Below are positions 25,614 through 40,464 of a DNA stretch of 64,000 nucleotides, piece by piece (the first letter of the stretch is position 1; each line of letters opens with the position of its first letter). Position numbers and translations under genes: made by a program. The DNA is from Octopus vulgaris (Eukaryota): contig OX597821.1 of the NCBI GenBank assembly GCA_951406725.2, positions 26,164,001 to 26,228,000 on the forward strand. Reading direction: 5' to 3'. The notes under the pieces are model-generated. The model saw only the letters and a list, made by a program, of their open reading frames with translations. It was not told the DNA's origin and ran no database searches.

Positions 25614-25664
<51 letters not shown>

Positions 25665-28084
25665 TATTTTCTCTAAACCTAAACATTTAATGGTAAATAC
25701 GTTTTTAATAATCGAGAAATCCCTCGGTCGAAATGCTGGTTACGACCATGTATTGTGTGCGTTTCTGTCTGCGAATGCGTACACCTGTTCGTTTATATAT
25801 AAACCCGATTATTTCTTAAGTGGAACAGTCCTTTCTAGAAAAAGTCAGCATAATATTAATCTTCCTTTTATTGGAAAGCATCGTAAACCAAGGAGTTATC
25901 TCCTCTTCTATTGAGTTTCAGTTCCTGTTGTTGGGGCGTTGCTAAAAGTTTCGTCTTCAGCGGTAGGCTGTATTTTTTCTTTATATTGTTGCTGATTAAC
26001 TCCTGATAAACTCTGATCAAGCAGACCTTTGACTCTGGTCGTTCCAGCTATGAGTATCCCGTCATTCTTTGTAGATTAGGTATTGGTGAAAAAATAGCAA
26101 GGCAATGAAGAAAATGGTCTCGTTTGGAATCGAGCCTGTGTGTCAGACATATCACCGAAGTGGTTCAACCACGTTAGAGGCACTTCTTTCATAGTACAGA
26201 AGAAGCACCAGCAATAGTAATGCAGCGCCTGGTTCGCTCTGATCGAGCGTATCTGGTCAAATCCGATCAAAGTCATTTCACCATAACGGTACACCTTGAC
26301 TCTAAAGTATTGATTTCTACGACAGCTAGAAATATCTTCAGTTACTGCAAGCGGTATAAACAATCTTTAATGAAGCAGTAAGGTTGATGACCTACTACTG
26401 CCATCGAACCTAGCTAGGTGGACTGGTATTCGAACAGTGTCTAACTCGAGGATGAGGGGCACAGCTATATAGACTGGCATTTGGATAATGTTTCTGGGAG
26501 CCAATGAGGGCTGAAAAAAAAGTGGACAATTTTTCAAGTTTAATAAGACTGAGCAAAAAATTAGGCTGGTTTTAAACTATTAAAACTTGCTCTATAACAT
26601 TACAAAAGTTATTTTTGTCAGGAGGGAAGGCAGTGTCCATGACCCGTTGCCGGGCCTCCTAGACTTCAAACCGAAGATCTAGCCCGAAATTATGCGACAA
26701 AGTGGTGCCTGGTAATGTTGCCTGGTGATGGTGTTAAACAGGGTGATGGATGGAGCCTATCACCCGATGCCAACACCACAGTAAAGAAAGAAGAATTATA
26801 TGGATACAGATTCTATTTTGCCTTCTCATTTACAAAGAGAGGGAGCACGGTAAGCTGGCAGAATCGGTAAGCTATCGGAAAAAAATACTTAGCAGTAATT
26901 CTTCCGGCTCCTTTACGTTCTGAGTTCAAATCTCACTTTAGTCAATTTTGCCTTTCAGAGTCGATTAAATAAAATTCTTGCGAAGTATTCTGATTAATGA
27001 CATCGGCGAACCTCTTCCATTCATAATTACTGGCTATGCACTCATACGAGTAACCATTGGGCAGCGAGCTAGCAGAAAAATGCTTTGTGGTATTTATTAT
27101 AGCTCTTTATGTTCTAATTTCAAATGTCCCCGGGGTTAACTTTGTTTTTCATCGGGGTTGATAAAATAAAATACCAGTCAGAAACTGGGGGTCAACATTG
27201 ATTCAAAATTATTGGTGATGTACCTAAATCAGAGATCATAAATAACAAGGAGAAGACAAATATATGCGAGGTGGATGTAGCGGTTCTACTTGTCAGTAGA
27301 AGAAATTCATCTGTTGTTGTATCTAACTTGCACAACTGAAAATCTTTTGTTTCTTGCTGAACAACCTGCACAGATAATTTTTTTTATAGTGATCAAACGT
27401 TCGTATTGTACATTAGTTGACTCCCTTCATCAAATCGGTTTAGTGTGTACAACTGCGCGGTATACTACACGGTAGATGTCGAGGTATTTGCAGAGTAACG
27501 TGAGACAAAGTCGCCCGGTCCGCAAATCGAAACCACTAGGCCACGCACCTTCTCTAACTCACACGTCTAGTTGCATTTGAACAAGTTAAGTGGAATGATT
27601 TAACCAACAGCAAGACGAGTCAGACTCAGACTGGGAATTGGAACAAATTCATTATCTTATCTGGGAACTCAGTCAGTGCAAAATGAAGTTGTGTGGGTTA
27701 CGAAAGGAAAAAATAAAGAATGTCAACTGTTGATCAACGGTTGATATGTTTCTATAGTTACTAGAAAACTTATATTTCTTGGAAGAAGAGGAAACAGAGA
27801 AAACAGTGAAAACATTCATAGTTTTTTTATTTCAATTGTAATTTTCTCACGATCGCCTTTCAGATTGAAATACTTCGTCTCTCCACTGAATAAATCTGCC
27901 TGTGTATGTGTGTTGAATGCACACATTCACACTTAGGCGCGCGTGCGATCGTTTGTTTCTCAGCACTTCACAACTGGAACCGATGATTTAGCATGAGCGC
28001 GATCCAATCACTGAAGCATAACGTTTATGTAATTTTCAGTATGCAGTGACCGTCTAATTCCAACACATTTGTTTTTCCTCCCCA

Positions 28085-28200
28085 ATCATTTTTCTCCCTT
28101 TCTCTGTCCTTTCTGTAGAAAGGGCGTAGGCTCAAAACGTCAAAGATTTCTAATTTTCCTGAGCGTCAACCTAATATAAACCCTGTTTGTTTTTCACCTA
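28085..28200 (+). mobile_element. Family D element (copy 3, decayed)
   Basis: cttt CTGTAGA aagggc gtag gctc AAAA cg TC aaag...ttcctgagcg. Confidence 0.65.
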
Positions 28201-28440
28201 TTTTTTTCTTTATTTGTACCGTATGCACGCGCACGTGTATGCACGTGTGTGTGTGTATGTACGTTGTGTGTGTGTGTGAGAGAGAGTGTGTGCGTGCGTG
28301 TGTGTGCGAGCATATTTACATGTATTCATATGTAAGTGTTTGTGTGCTGTCTATGTGTTCTTGTTTCTACGATTTTGTTTTCAATTTAAAAAAAATATTT
28401 CGTGCGTTGATTACGCCTGTGTTTATCTGTGTTTATGTAT

Positions 28441-28494
<54 letters not shown>

Positions 28495-29889
28495 ATATAT
28501 GTGTGTGGGTGTGTGCGTGAGAATATGTGTGAATCCATGTGTGTGTGCGTGTGCCGATATACAGCATGTTTTTTGCTGCATGTGTCTGAATGTGTCTATG
28601 AGCACAGCAGCCTAGTCGAGTAATTCTTTTGTTAAACATTTTTTTTTTCCTCGATTCGCATTTAGCGGAGTCTTTCTTTCATTTTTATCACCATGATAAC
28701 CTCGAGGTTAGGTGTCGGTCAGAGAGGAGGCCATGATGTTTTGCAAGTAAAATTTGTTTCATGTCGACATTAATTAATTCTTTGTGTAGTTTGCTGAGAT
28801 GCTAAATTCTATTTCAGTGTATTTCCAAGCACGGGGTTTTATAAATATTTGAACCATTTCATTCTCTTATCTGGATCATAATTGATGGTCATCTCTTGGT
28901 CATCTTTTCATTTCATATTATTTCCTCTTTCGCGGTATGGGCTCGGGTGTGGGATTTGATGTCCTCGTACGGACACTGAGCTCTGGATCACTCTTAGTTA
29001 TTATATTTTCCTTCTACCTATTTAGCACTATTATTTCTTGACTGGCTTTAGGGTAATTTAAGTGCTTCATCTACTGTATGACGACAACATGGAGATCCGG
29101 TAAAGCAGTAAAAGAAAATGTCAACATTCAGAAAACCTGGAGAGACGAATGGAGGGAGAACCCACCTAACGGTGAAGCCTTGGACGAGGATCTGTTTGGG
29201 GATCCCACTAAATCATTGCCTGTTTTCATCGTAAAACGGTTAGGGCGAGAAATGCAGCAGGCTGATTACTCTGCATCGCTGCTGATATTGTGAATCCCCT
29301 ATTGCAGGGGTTTCCATCCACCGGGTACGTGGATCAGTACCGGATCGTGGATCAACTGGGAACCGGGCTGCACAGATAAAACGAAGTTTAAAATTTTATT
29401 TCTATTTCATTCTATTTCATCACAAATGCGATATTGTAAAAGTACTGTGGTGTATTTGTTCAACTAAAAGCTCTTCAAGGCGGTGCACCAGCATGGCCAC
29501 AACCCAATGACTGAAACTGAAACAAGAAAAAATGCAAGATAAACCCTAAATTCATATCATTGACTCATTCGTAAGCCTAGTTGCAGACAGCGGTTGCTTT
29601 GAAGCTTCTCCATGTGTCTATTTTCGCTTGGTTATCTTTAGAATATAGTATATTTTCCCAACACTATATTACTGTATATACCAGACTATCGGATGTTATT
29701 ATGCACCTCTGGTCACAATGTACTTGCAACACTTTCTTGATTGTGCCCTTCTTTTCCATCTTGGCCCAAATCGTTTAAATAAATCGTCTTCCTCTGGTTC
29801 CTCTTGACGGCAATAAACTTAATACTGCGAGTTAATGGATCACTCGTTGAGCTTTTGGGAAATTAGAGAAACCAGGTGCCAAACACCTG

Positions 29890-30396
29890 GACATTACAGT
29901 CTTGAGTCCCAAACCTCAAAGGGCTTGTTACCCAGTTTCCACAGCGTTTAAGTGATCGAAATCAGATCCTCACTGCCTGTACTTGACGCTGGTCCGTTGC
30001 AGAGTTTCTCATTTGCAGCCGAGTGGACTGGAGCGATGTGAAATGAAATGCTTCGCTCAAGAACACAACATACCTATTTCTTTATTACCCACAAGGGGCT
30101 AAACACAGAGAGGACAAACAAGGACAGACAAACGGATTAAGTCGATTATATCGACCCCAGTGCGTAACTGGTGCTTAATTTATCGACCCCGAAAGGATGA
30201 AAGGCAAAGTCGACCTCAGCGGAATTTGAACTCAGCGGCAGACGAAATACGGCTACGCATTTCGCCCGGCGTGCTAACGTTTCTGCCAGCTCGCCGCCTT
30301 TATTAAGAACACAACATACCGCCCGATCAGGGCATCGAAACCACGATCTCACGATCATGAGAGCAAAGATCCTAACCACTAGGCGACAGACTTTCA
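29890..30396 (-). mobile_element. Older CORE-type tRNA SINE interrupted by SINE A
   Basis: Minus head gcctagtggttagg...ggtttcgatgcc, then gtgttcttgagcgaagcatttcatttcacatcgctccagtccactc. Confidence 0.7.
30075..30298 (-). mobile_element. SINE A long-tail monomer with 16-bp TSD
   Basis: TSD aagaacacaacatacc at 30059-30074 and 30305-30320. Confidence 0.93.
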
Positions 30397-30671
30397 CCAA
30401 GAGTTAAGTATACATCGTGGAAATTTCAAAATCAGGATGTAAGTGTACAACTTGGAAATTATAGAAACCAAGCTTTAAGGTACTTTTCATAATAAAATTA
30501 TCGGAGACTCAATTTAATCTATTGTTAGTTTTAGTTGTTAATTTTAGATTTACAAATTAAATTGTCAGTTTTTGTAAGTTTTATTGGGTGGGAGGGGATC
30601 AAATGAACTTTTTGCTAGTCTTAAGGTAAATAATGTTATCAGTTATAAATCGATGACATCAGCGATTAATA

Positions 30672-31237
30672 TTGGGTTGTCCAGAAAGTTCGTGCCGATT
30701 TTTAAAGGAAAGAAAAAGGTCACAAAATACTTACCATTACATTTTTAATCAACCAAAAATGAGCCATTTTGTTGCATAATGCGTCTCCATCTTTCCTTTA
30801 ACTTGAAAATACCCTATTCCCAGAACTGAGGTGATTTCATGGCAAAGAATTCATCAAGGTATCTTTTTACGTCATCCAAGGAATTGAAATTTTTACCATT
30901 AAGACTATTCTGCAGAGACCTGAATAAGTGGAAATCCGAAGGAGTAATATCTGGTGAATATGGAGGGTGGGGTAACACATCCCAGCCGAGCTGTAGCCAT
31001 TTTTGTCTGGTTCCCAAAGCATCAAGTGCCGAAAATGAACTTTCTTATCTTCCATTTTAAAGGGTTACAGAATTAACACTGGTTATAGGAACATAAACCT
31101 TCTTCCACGAAAAGATAGCTTAAACTGTGCTCTAAATAGAGATGTAGTCAAATCCTATTTTATGGACTCAACCATGTTCTAAAATAAGTCGAAAGGTAAA
31201 CTACTATAAATCGACACGAACTTTCCGGACAACCCAA
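30672..31237 (-). mobile_element. Internally deleted mariner transposon
   Basis: TIRs ttgggttgtccagaaagttcgtgccgattt / aaatcgacacgaactttccggacaacccaa with TA TSD; MEDKKVHFRHLML fused to ...[21 protein letters not shown]. Confidence 0.93.
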
Positions 31238-31769
31238 TAGTACCTTCCCACTATACAGTTACTCTGATTTAGCCACTGTACATTTTGTCTCAAACTATCT
31301 CTCTCTAACGACCAGTATAGAAGTTACTAACCTATACATGCAGTACACTCGCTTATTATTCAAAGAGAATGAAGGTTCTCAATTACGTCACAGCGCTGCT
31401 AAACATTACGCACTCTGACCTCTGTGTTCTATTTTTCATTATTTATAATTTCAGAGTTGTCTTCCCTGGTTTATTTTACCAGAATTAGTTAATTAGTGAA
31501 TGATTGTTCTCATTACTAAGAGTGTAAATCTAATTAGAATATTTTAACTTCCTAAATTATGTATAAATTTTAATAATAAGTGTAATAAAAATTTTAATTA
31601 GTTTAACTAGACTGCAACATCTTGTAATAGCAGACGATAAACGGTGGATGGGAAAGTTTGAGAGTATCTTCCTAACCGATCATGGAAGCTTCCGTAATGG
31701 ATCATAGACACTGCTTTTTTATTGTCTCCGATTAAAACATACACGCGTACAAAGTTGGCGCAGAAGCAC

Positions 31770-32478
31770 ACGCACACACACACAGAACCAGACTCATTCA
31801 CACACACACATACAGAACCAAACTCATTCACACACTCACATACAGAACCAAACTCATTCACACACTCACATGCTCAATCACTAGCACACACACACACACG
31901 CACATACACACACGCTCTCACACACACAAACTCACTCATTCACTTACCCACTCACTCACTCGCTCACGCACACACACGCTCACATACACACACGCACACA
32001 CACACACACAAACATACACTGACCTACACTCACACACAAACACACAGACCCAGACTCACACACATATACGCATACATACATGCATATATACATACGTACA
32101 TACGTACGTACTTAGGTACCTACCTACCTATCTACCTACCTACCTGCTTGCATACAAACATACATACATATATACATACATACATACGTACATACATACA
32201 TACATACATACATACATACATACATACATACATACATACATACATACATACATACGTACATACGTACATACATACATACATACATACATACATACATACA
32301 TGCATGCATACATACATACATACATACGTACATACATACATACATACATACATACATACATACATACATGCATGCATACATACATACATACGTACATACA
32401 TACATACATACATACATACATACATACATACATACATACATACATACATACATGCATACATACATACATACATACATA
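31770..32478. repeat. CA-rich tract with 28-bp triplicate and (CATA)n array
   Basis: Direct reading. Confidence 0.9.
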
Positions 32479-32489
32479 ACCTCTAGTGG

Positions 32490-32910
32490 GAGCTGAATAG
32501 CTGAACGTCTTAAGAGAATTGACCCTTCTCCTGCAAGTATTTCGGCCCTTAACTCCTAGTTATCCACTCCACTCAGTAGACATTGCTTCCACGATCCAAT
32601 TGGTGCAGTTGTTCCGGGCCACAATTCTTTACCTCATACCTCGGTGAAGTTTCTGGTTGTGACACATTGTCTCCCATGTGTAAGATCTCTTTAAGCACTT
32701 GATTGTAACTCCATGTGCATCTCCCTTGGGCTAGCGTCACTTTGCATGCGCTCGGAACATATTCCACTTTTCTTTTTACCTTGGGAGAATTGGTATGCAG
32801 GTTTATCTAATTTACTCCATCTCACCAGGTTTGTATACGAGAGAGTTCATATACAGATCTAAGGAAGAAGCTAACTCTAAGAAGGGCCATGTGCCCTATG
32901 TCGGAGGAAA
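32490..32910 (-). mobile_element. Decayed HERO/R2-like RLE non-LTR fragment
   Basis: LRVSFFLRSVYE...EYVPSACKVTLAQGRCTWSYNQVLKEI resembles the L.FLLRSVYD...HILS.C..AL.QGRYTWRHNQVL motif. Confidence 0.65.
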
Positions 32911-33577
32911 CTGTAAGGAAAGGGAACTATGATATTGAGCAGAGCAGCTTCTAACCAACAGATTGAGACAGGAAAAAACAGCGAAGAACTGCAAATACTT
33001 GGCTGAACCACCAGAAAGTCTTTGATAGTATGTCACGCGAGTGGACTGTCGAAGTATTACGAAGTATTAGTCTAAATTCCATAATCTCTGGTAGCTGCTA
33101 TTCAGTACATAAACAAAAACTTGGTACACCATTTAATTTCTCTGAGGGGCTAACAAACAATTTAAAATGGCACCACACATTACTAACAAAGCATCCTGTT
33201 GGATGATAACTTGTCATTACTGCTCTTCGTCCTCTCCTTAAACCAGCACACAAAACAGCGTTTATGGAAATAGATATCCTGAATACAGAAATATCTCTCA
33301 TCTCTTCTGTTGTAAATGACGTGTAATTGAATCTCATTCCCCAATATTCCAGACACTGGAATACATTTTGGTGAGTCTAGATTCTAGATATGCATTTTTT
33401 TGGCAATCAGACGAGGAAAATTTATATCCTGTCTTCTCCCGCCAAACTAAACACAAGCAGTTTACTATTACAGTCTTTATGTTTGGCTGGGAAGAACAAG
33501 TATCTGGGACAGGATGAAAATCGCATGTATGATATACTTATTAATAAAGAGAGGGCGATAAATGAATATCTCAACAT

Positions 33578-33998
33578 AGGCGCAGGAGTGGCTGTGCGGT
33601 AAGTAGCTTGTTTACCAACCACATGGTTCCGGGTTCAGTCCCACTGCGTGGCACCTTGGGCAAGTGTCTTCTACTATAACCTCGTGCCGACCAAAGCCCT
33701 GTGAGTGGATTTGATAGACGGAAACTGAAAGAAGCCCGTCGTATGTATGTATATGTGTGTGTATATGTTTGTGTGTCTGTGTTTGTCTCCCCAACATCGC
33801 TTGACAACCGGTGCTGGTGTGTTTATGTCCCCGTAACTTAGCGGTTCGGCAAAAGAGACCGATAGAAAAAGTACTAGGCTTACAAAGAATAAGTTCTGTG
33901 GTCAATTTGCTCGACTAAAGTCGGTGCTCCAGCATGGCCGCGGTCAAATGACTGAAACAAGTAAAAGAATAAAAAGAATAAAAGAACAAAAGAATAAA
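33578..33998 (+). mobile_element. SINE B, full length
   Basis: ggcgcaggagtggctgtg head through to (aaagaat)n tail. Confidence 0.93.
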
Positions 33999-34463
33999 GT
34001 ATGATCATTACAACATGTATATCACTGACAATGTAGGTGTTAGCATAGGTACTTTGCAGTACTAGTGTTGACACCTACATTTAACCTTCTGTATTTGTGA
34101 GCTTGGATGTTAGACCTCGGAGGTTGTTCAGTGTTACAGGAGACTCAACATCATTGAAGACGTAGCCTTATTATATTTCTGACGCACGTAACGTAGACGT
34201 GACTATAGGTGTGTATTAACATCATAAAGGACACTCAAATTTGGGAGTTGGTAAGTAATTAAAAACCATTAGGATTGTTAAATAATTTTGAAAAAAAAAA
34301 CATGAAATAAAGTTGACGCATATCTCTTAGAAAATCTCACTTAACACAATATCAAAATATTAAAAATGACCAGTCGAATGAGTAAGTTGTGCATGGGAAA
34401 GTGAAACAAAAGTCGCAATTCACTGAAGGAATAAGTGGTAGTGAAAAGTTGATATGGAATATC

Positions 34464-34694
34464 TATTTCTTTACTACCCACAAGGGGCTAAACACAGAGG
34501 GGACAAACAAGGACAGACAAACGGATTAAGTCGATTACATCGACCCCAGTGCGTAACTAGTACTTAATTTATCGACCCCGAAAGGATGAAAGGCGAAGTC
34601 GACCACGGCGGAATTTGAACTCAGAACGTAGCGGCAGACGAAATACGTCTATGCATTTCGCCCGGCGTGCTAACGTTTCTGCCAGCTCGCCGCC
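34464..34694 (-). mobile_element. SINE A long-tail monomer with 16-bp TSD
   Basis: TSD gttgatatggaatatc at 34448-34463 and 34697-34712. Confidence 0.93.
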
Positions 34695-36029
34695 TTGTTG
34701 ATATGGAATATCGATGAATCTATGTCGCATAGAGTACACGAGTAGGAAATCCCTACCAAGTAGCTTCAACACTGAGGAAGGAACTCATCAGCTGACAACA
34801 CATGTGGTCTGTAAAACCAAATTTGAGGACATGAGCCTCATCATTGCTGCCAACTGTAAAAGAATGTCCACTAGACACAACTTTCCTATGAAGTGTGATG
34901 TGGTAGCCAGGACAATCAATAACAGAGTGAAAGAAAGAAATAACAACCAATGGAAATAAACATGTTAATACCGATGGATCGAAAGAACATTAGTGGAATC
35001 TAAGAACAAAGACTGTAACCAAATTAAAACCCAACCAGCTTGATGTTGATGCTGTTTGGAACCACAAATTAGAACGTGCACTATTATGGAAAATCAGTTA
35101 CCAAAGTGATATGAGAAATATAGGAATCTGCAAATCCAATATAGAAAATGCATCATTAGCCTCTGATGCAAAATTATGAGAGCGACAGAATAAGTATGAT
35201 TCATCCAGTATATATAAATATCTGAACTTGGATTCTTGGGGAAAGTAAGCAGATAATCGCTATATTTGGAACAGTAAAAATCTGCAAGTTCTTCTCAAGA
35301 TTTAAGGATAGAATGGTTGTTAAAGAATGACAAAAAGAAAAAAAAACCCCAGATAAGTGCTTCTTAAAAAGAGAAAAATATTTTCGTTGCGGTCTAGCCA
35401 CCAACCATTAAACAAATTAACTTCTCCACTTATTAAAAGAAATATACACAATATGCGCATAATGTATACATAATACATACATACACACATACATACATAC
35501 ATGCCTACATACATACATTCATTCATACAGACAGACAAGATGTTTGCTGTTGCTCGGGAAAGATGTCTTTAGAAAAAGAGCAGCGTAGAGCTGGGGAACA
35601 ATAACTCCTCCCCCTCCTCCACCACAACCACCACCACCCTCCTCCTCCTCCTCCTCAAAATAATTTAAATGAATGGTCATGTGCCAACAAAAACGTCGCC
35701 AGTGGGTTATAGTAAAAGTTTGTCCTCTCTTTGACTGTTACACTACTATCACAACTGCTTCTGCTCTCCTTCCGTTAAACTCACTACTACGTATATTTGT
35801 CCCCTCTGGATTGCATTCCCACTTTATATTCAACAGTTCAAACTCAATATTGACTTACTGACTTTACAGAATCCCTCACTCATTATTCCTTGGACTGAGA
35901 GAGCCTGGAGAAGTTATAAGGGCTTGTCCATTCTTTATATGTATAATAGAAGCAAAAATTATATTCATTGATGTTAGAAGATAAAATAGTGATAGATAGA
36001 TGTGAATGAAAGAGATTGAAAATATATAC

Positions 36030-36121
36030 TGAGGTTGAGCAAGAGGGAGAGAGAGACAGAGAGAGAGAGACAGAGATAAAGAGCGAGAGAGAAGAGGAAG
36101 GGAGACGCGTGTGAGGTAGTG

Positions 36122-36168
<47 letters not shown>

Positions 36169-36239
36169 TTACAGACCAAGAATGAGTAGATGGATTATAG
36201 ACAATGCGGGATATACACACATGTGTAGTCACATGTGTA

Positions 36240-36272
<33 letters not shown>

Positions 36273-36452
36273 TCACACACATACCTATCTATATGTGTGT
36301 ATATATATCTATATTTATCTATCTATCTATCTCTCTGTCCATCTGTCTATCTATCCATCCATCTATACACACACACATACATACATACATACATACATAC
36401 ATACATACATACATACATACATACATACATACATACATACATACATACATAC

Positions 36453-36484
<32 letters not shown>

Positions 36485-37170
36485 GGAGGGAAAGAGAAGG
36501 AAAGCGAAACCAAAGAGCAAGAGAGGGAGAGAGAGGAAGAGAGAGAGAGTGAGAGAGAGAAAGAGAGAGAGAGGGAGAGAGAAAAATAGATAGAAAGAAG
36601 GATGGATAGAACGAGAGAAAACTCTCATGAAAGTGAATGAGACAGAAAGACAGAGACAGAGAGAGAAACAGAATTGAAGGTAGTTAGGTTGTCGCTTAAA
36701 GTACATCAGGTTGTTACACACACAACCACACGCACACACGCACATCGAGTTACACTCACAGGCACATTAACACACACACACGTACGTGTGCTTGTATGAA
36801 TAAAATACCAAAGCCCTATAGAAATATAACTATTTCTTGTATATAAAGCTGAAAGTAATAACGTTTTCAGCATGTATATATGTGTGTGTATATATATATA
36901 TGTATGTATGTGTGTGTATATGTATGTACCTATGTATGTATGTATGTATGTATGTAGGTATGTATGTATGTATGTGTTTATGCAGGTATGTGTGTATGTA
37001 TGTGTTTATGCAGGTATGTGTGTATGTATGTATGTATGTATGTATGTATGTATGTATGTATGCATGTATGTATACACACGCTCTCACATGTTATACATGT
37101 TTATATAAATAAATATACAAATGTATATATATATTTGTATATATGTGCACGCTTATGCACATATACATAC

Positions 37171-37227
<57 letters not shown>

Positions 37228-38069
37228 CATACATATACATACACGTATATAGCTTTAAAAATAGGCATATATATATAAGTATATTAATGTATACATATAT
37301 ATGCTTATATATAGATATATATTTATATAAAAATATGTATATATATATATATGTATGTGTGTGTATATATATATATATATATACTTATATATATGTATGT
37401 ATGTATGTATACACACACACATATATAAACACGCACACAAATATGTATATACACACACAAGTGTATACATAATGCATGTGTGTGGGTGAGAGAGGGAGAG
37501 AGAGGGAGTGTGTGTGTGTGTGTATGTGTGTGTGTGTGTGTGTAAGTGTATGCCAGGGTGTATGTGTGTTCATTGTGAGTGTATATGTGTTCATTGACAA
37601 TCACCCACTCCACCCCACGATTTCTGGGCAGCAGATTGCAAGGTAAAAAAAGTATCGAGGTAAACGTGGCAATGCTAGGTGAAATAGATACTTTGTGTCC
37701 ATTTGATGTTTCCATACACTGAATTCTTAGCCGGAACTAACGTATTTATCGAGAGAACGATGAAGGTAAGAGGGGGAACGGATAAGTGTAGCGGGGGGGG
37801 AGGGGAGGTGCGGTGAGGGTTTCTGTCTAGCTTTAGGAGTTACACTCAGCGAAGTCGATGTGAGTGGTCGGACAGGGTGTAGTTGCTACTACTACTGCTA
37901 CTACTACTACTACTGCTACTACTGCCGCTGCTGCTGCTGCTGCTGTTATTGTGGTTGTTCGTGTTGTTTGTTAAGTAGGTTGAGTAAGAACCTCACAGTT
38001 ATGCCTGGTATGCGTATACACGTATGCAGACATGTACGATCATGCATACCATCCAGCCCGCAGACACAC

Positions 38070-38109
<40 letters not shown>

Positions 38110-38198
38110 ACACGCACGCACACATACACACGTATTCACACACACACGCATTCGCAGACACACATTCATTCATTCATACACACACACGCAAGACCTAT

Positions 38199-38241
<43 letters not shown>

Positions 38242-38856
38242 TACACACGTATTCACACACACACACACGCACTCGCAGGCACACACATTCATTCATTCAT
38301 ACACACACACGCAAGACCTATGTACACACACACACATACACACACACTCACACACACGCAAGACCTATGTACACACACACACATACACACACACTCACAT
38401 ACACACACGCACACATACACACGTATTCACACACACACACACGCACTCGCAGACACACACATTCATTCATACACACACACACACACACACACGCAAGACC
38501 TGTGTACACACACGCGTACACGTACAAACATTTTTACACACATCCACACATATCTATTTAGGTAATAAATTATACATACGCACAGACCTGTATATCTCAG
38601 CCCCCCCCCCCCCAGTTTCTCTCCACCTTTCACACACACACATGTATATGTATATGTACACATACGCGCGCACATACACACATACATATATAGAAAGGAC
38701 ATGCGTATATATATATATATATATATATATATCCCGGAGTAAACACAAATTCATAAAGAGTACTCAAATACCAGAGGTAGAGTAATATGCTATATATATA
38801 TATATATATATAAATGTCCATACTAATATGTACATGTATATATATGTGTATGTGTG

Positions 38857-38888
<32 letters not shown>

Positions 38889-38931
38889 ATGTGCGTGTAA
38901 ATATATATGTGTGTATATATATTTATATATG

Positions 38932-38964
<33 letters not shown>

Positions 38965-39017
38965 ATATAAAATAATATATAAATATATGCATATATACAT
39001 ACATATATGTACATCCC

Positions 39018-39096
<79 letters not shown>

Positions 39097-39480
39097 ATAC
39101 ATGCATATATGGATACAGGACATGAAAAAAAAGCGTAGACAAAATGAGAAAGGAAACAGACTTACGAAGACAGAGAGAAAGAAAGAGACAGAGTGCGATA
39201 TGAAGAGAGAGAGAGAGAGAGAGAGTTATATAAGTGTGTAAATGTAGAGCAAGCTGCTCGCGTAGCAGGTCTGCGACACACACACATACACACACACACA
39301 TACATACACGCACGCACACACATTCACACACGCACGCACACACGTAGGCACAGGCGCGCACACACACACACACACATACGTACACATGCACAGACACGCA
39401 CACGCACGCGCCTGCATCCATATAAACACACGTACGCATAAACACACATATACACATGCATGCACGCATGCATACACAAA
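36030..39480. repeat. Compound microsatellite field (GA, TA, CA, CATA), including a ~100-bp CA-rich unit repeated three times at 38065-38520
   Basis: Direct reading (recurring cacgtattcac...cattcattcat...gcaagacctatgtac). Confidence 0.85.
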
Positions 39481-39892
39481 ACTGCGTAAAGGGAAATAAC
39501 TCAAATGGGCTAATGGCATAAACCATGATTCAGGTACGTAAAGTGAACGGAATGACGCACGCAAAAAAAAAAAAGAAAAAAACAGACACGCACACAAAAA
39601 AAAAAACAAACAAAAAAACTAGAAGTGAAATACAAAAGAATAAAAATTTTTCTCTTATATGTTTTCTCTAGGCATCAAAATTAAATTTTCAGTAAAAGTA
39701 TTTATTAATTTTTAAAATTATCTCCCCATTTCTATGGAGGCTGCGAACAATTGCTACCAGTGTTTTTCTGTCTCAATATCAGAGACAAACTCCAAATGAT
39801 TTAGAATATTTTGCAAACGGCATTCAGTACTTCAGCATCTACCTTTCTCTCATTCTCTCCCCCACCCCTCTCTCTCTTTTCCTCTCTCTCTC

Positions 39893-39929
<37 letters not shown>

Positions 39930-39933
<4 letters not shown>

Positions 39934-40180
39934 AGAGTTTACGAAAAAAATAGAAGACGAAGACAGGTGGTGTACAAAACAAACAGATGTATTAGTATAA
40001 CGCTCAGGAATAGAAAAAGTCTTTTACTTTTCGAGCCTACGCTCTTCTATAGAAAGGGACACAGAAAAAACAAGGAGAGAAAAAAAATGTGTGTAGTGGC
40101 TAACGATCTATCATGGCGACTGACTCGGACAGAAGGGTCACACACGAGAGGGGAAAGTAGGGGAGATAACAAAGTAAAGA

Positions 40181-40228
<48 letters not shown>

Positions 40229-40257
40229 TCTTTACTTTGTCATCTCCCCTACTTTCC

Positions 40258-40262
<5 letters not shown>
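39930..40262 (-). mobile_element. Family D element (copy 4, longest) plus inverted partial copy of its 5' end
   Basis: Minus: cttt CTATAGA a gagc gtag gctc GAAA ag TA aaag; 40146-40183 is inverted at 40226-40262 across (TA)n. Confidence 0.8.
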
Positions 40263-40313
<51 letters not shown>

Positions 40314-40314
<1 letters not shown>

Positions 40315-40464
40315 GGAGTAAACACATAAATGTGAAACAAGGTGGAAAAAAGAGTACTCAAATACCAGAGGTAGAGTAATATGCTTTATTTAAAAGCAGC
40401 AGAAATTTAACAAAAGCTGTTCCGAGTAACAGCTTTTGTTAAATTTCTGGTGCTTTTAAATAAA

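Noticed and set aside
33050-33570. Possible R4-like RT remnant (KYLGQDEN...INKER)
   Set aside because: Too degenerate, with pieces on both strands, to delimit or assign confidently.
37731-37771. 35-nt micro-exon (ttcttAG...GAAG|gtaaga)
   Set aside because: Splice-like signals alone are expected by chance in 64 kb; no recognisable peptide or partner exon.
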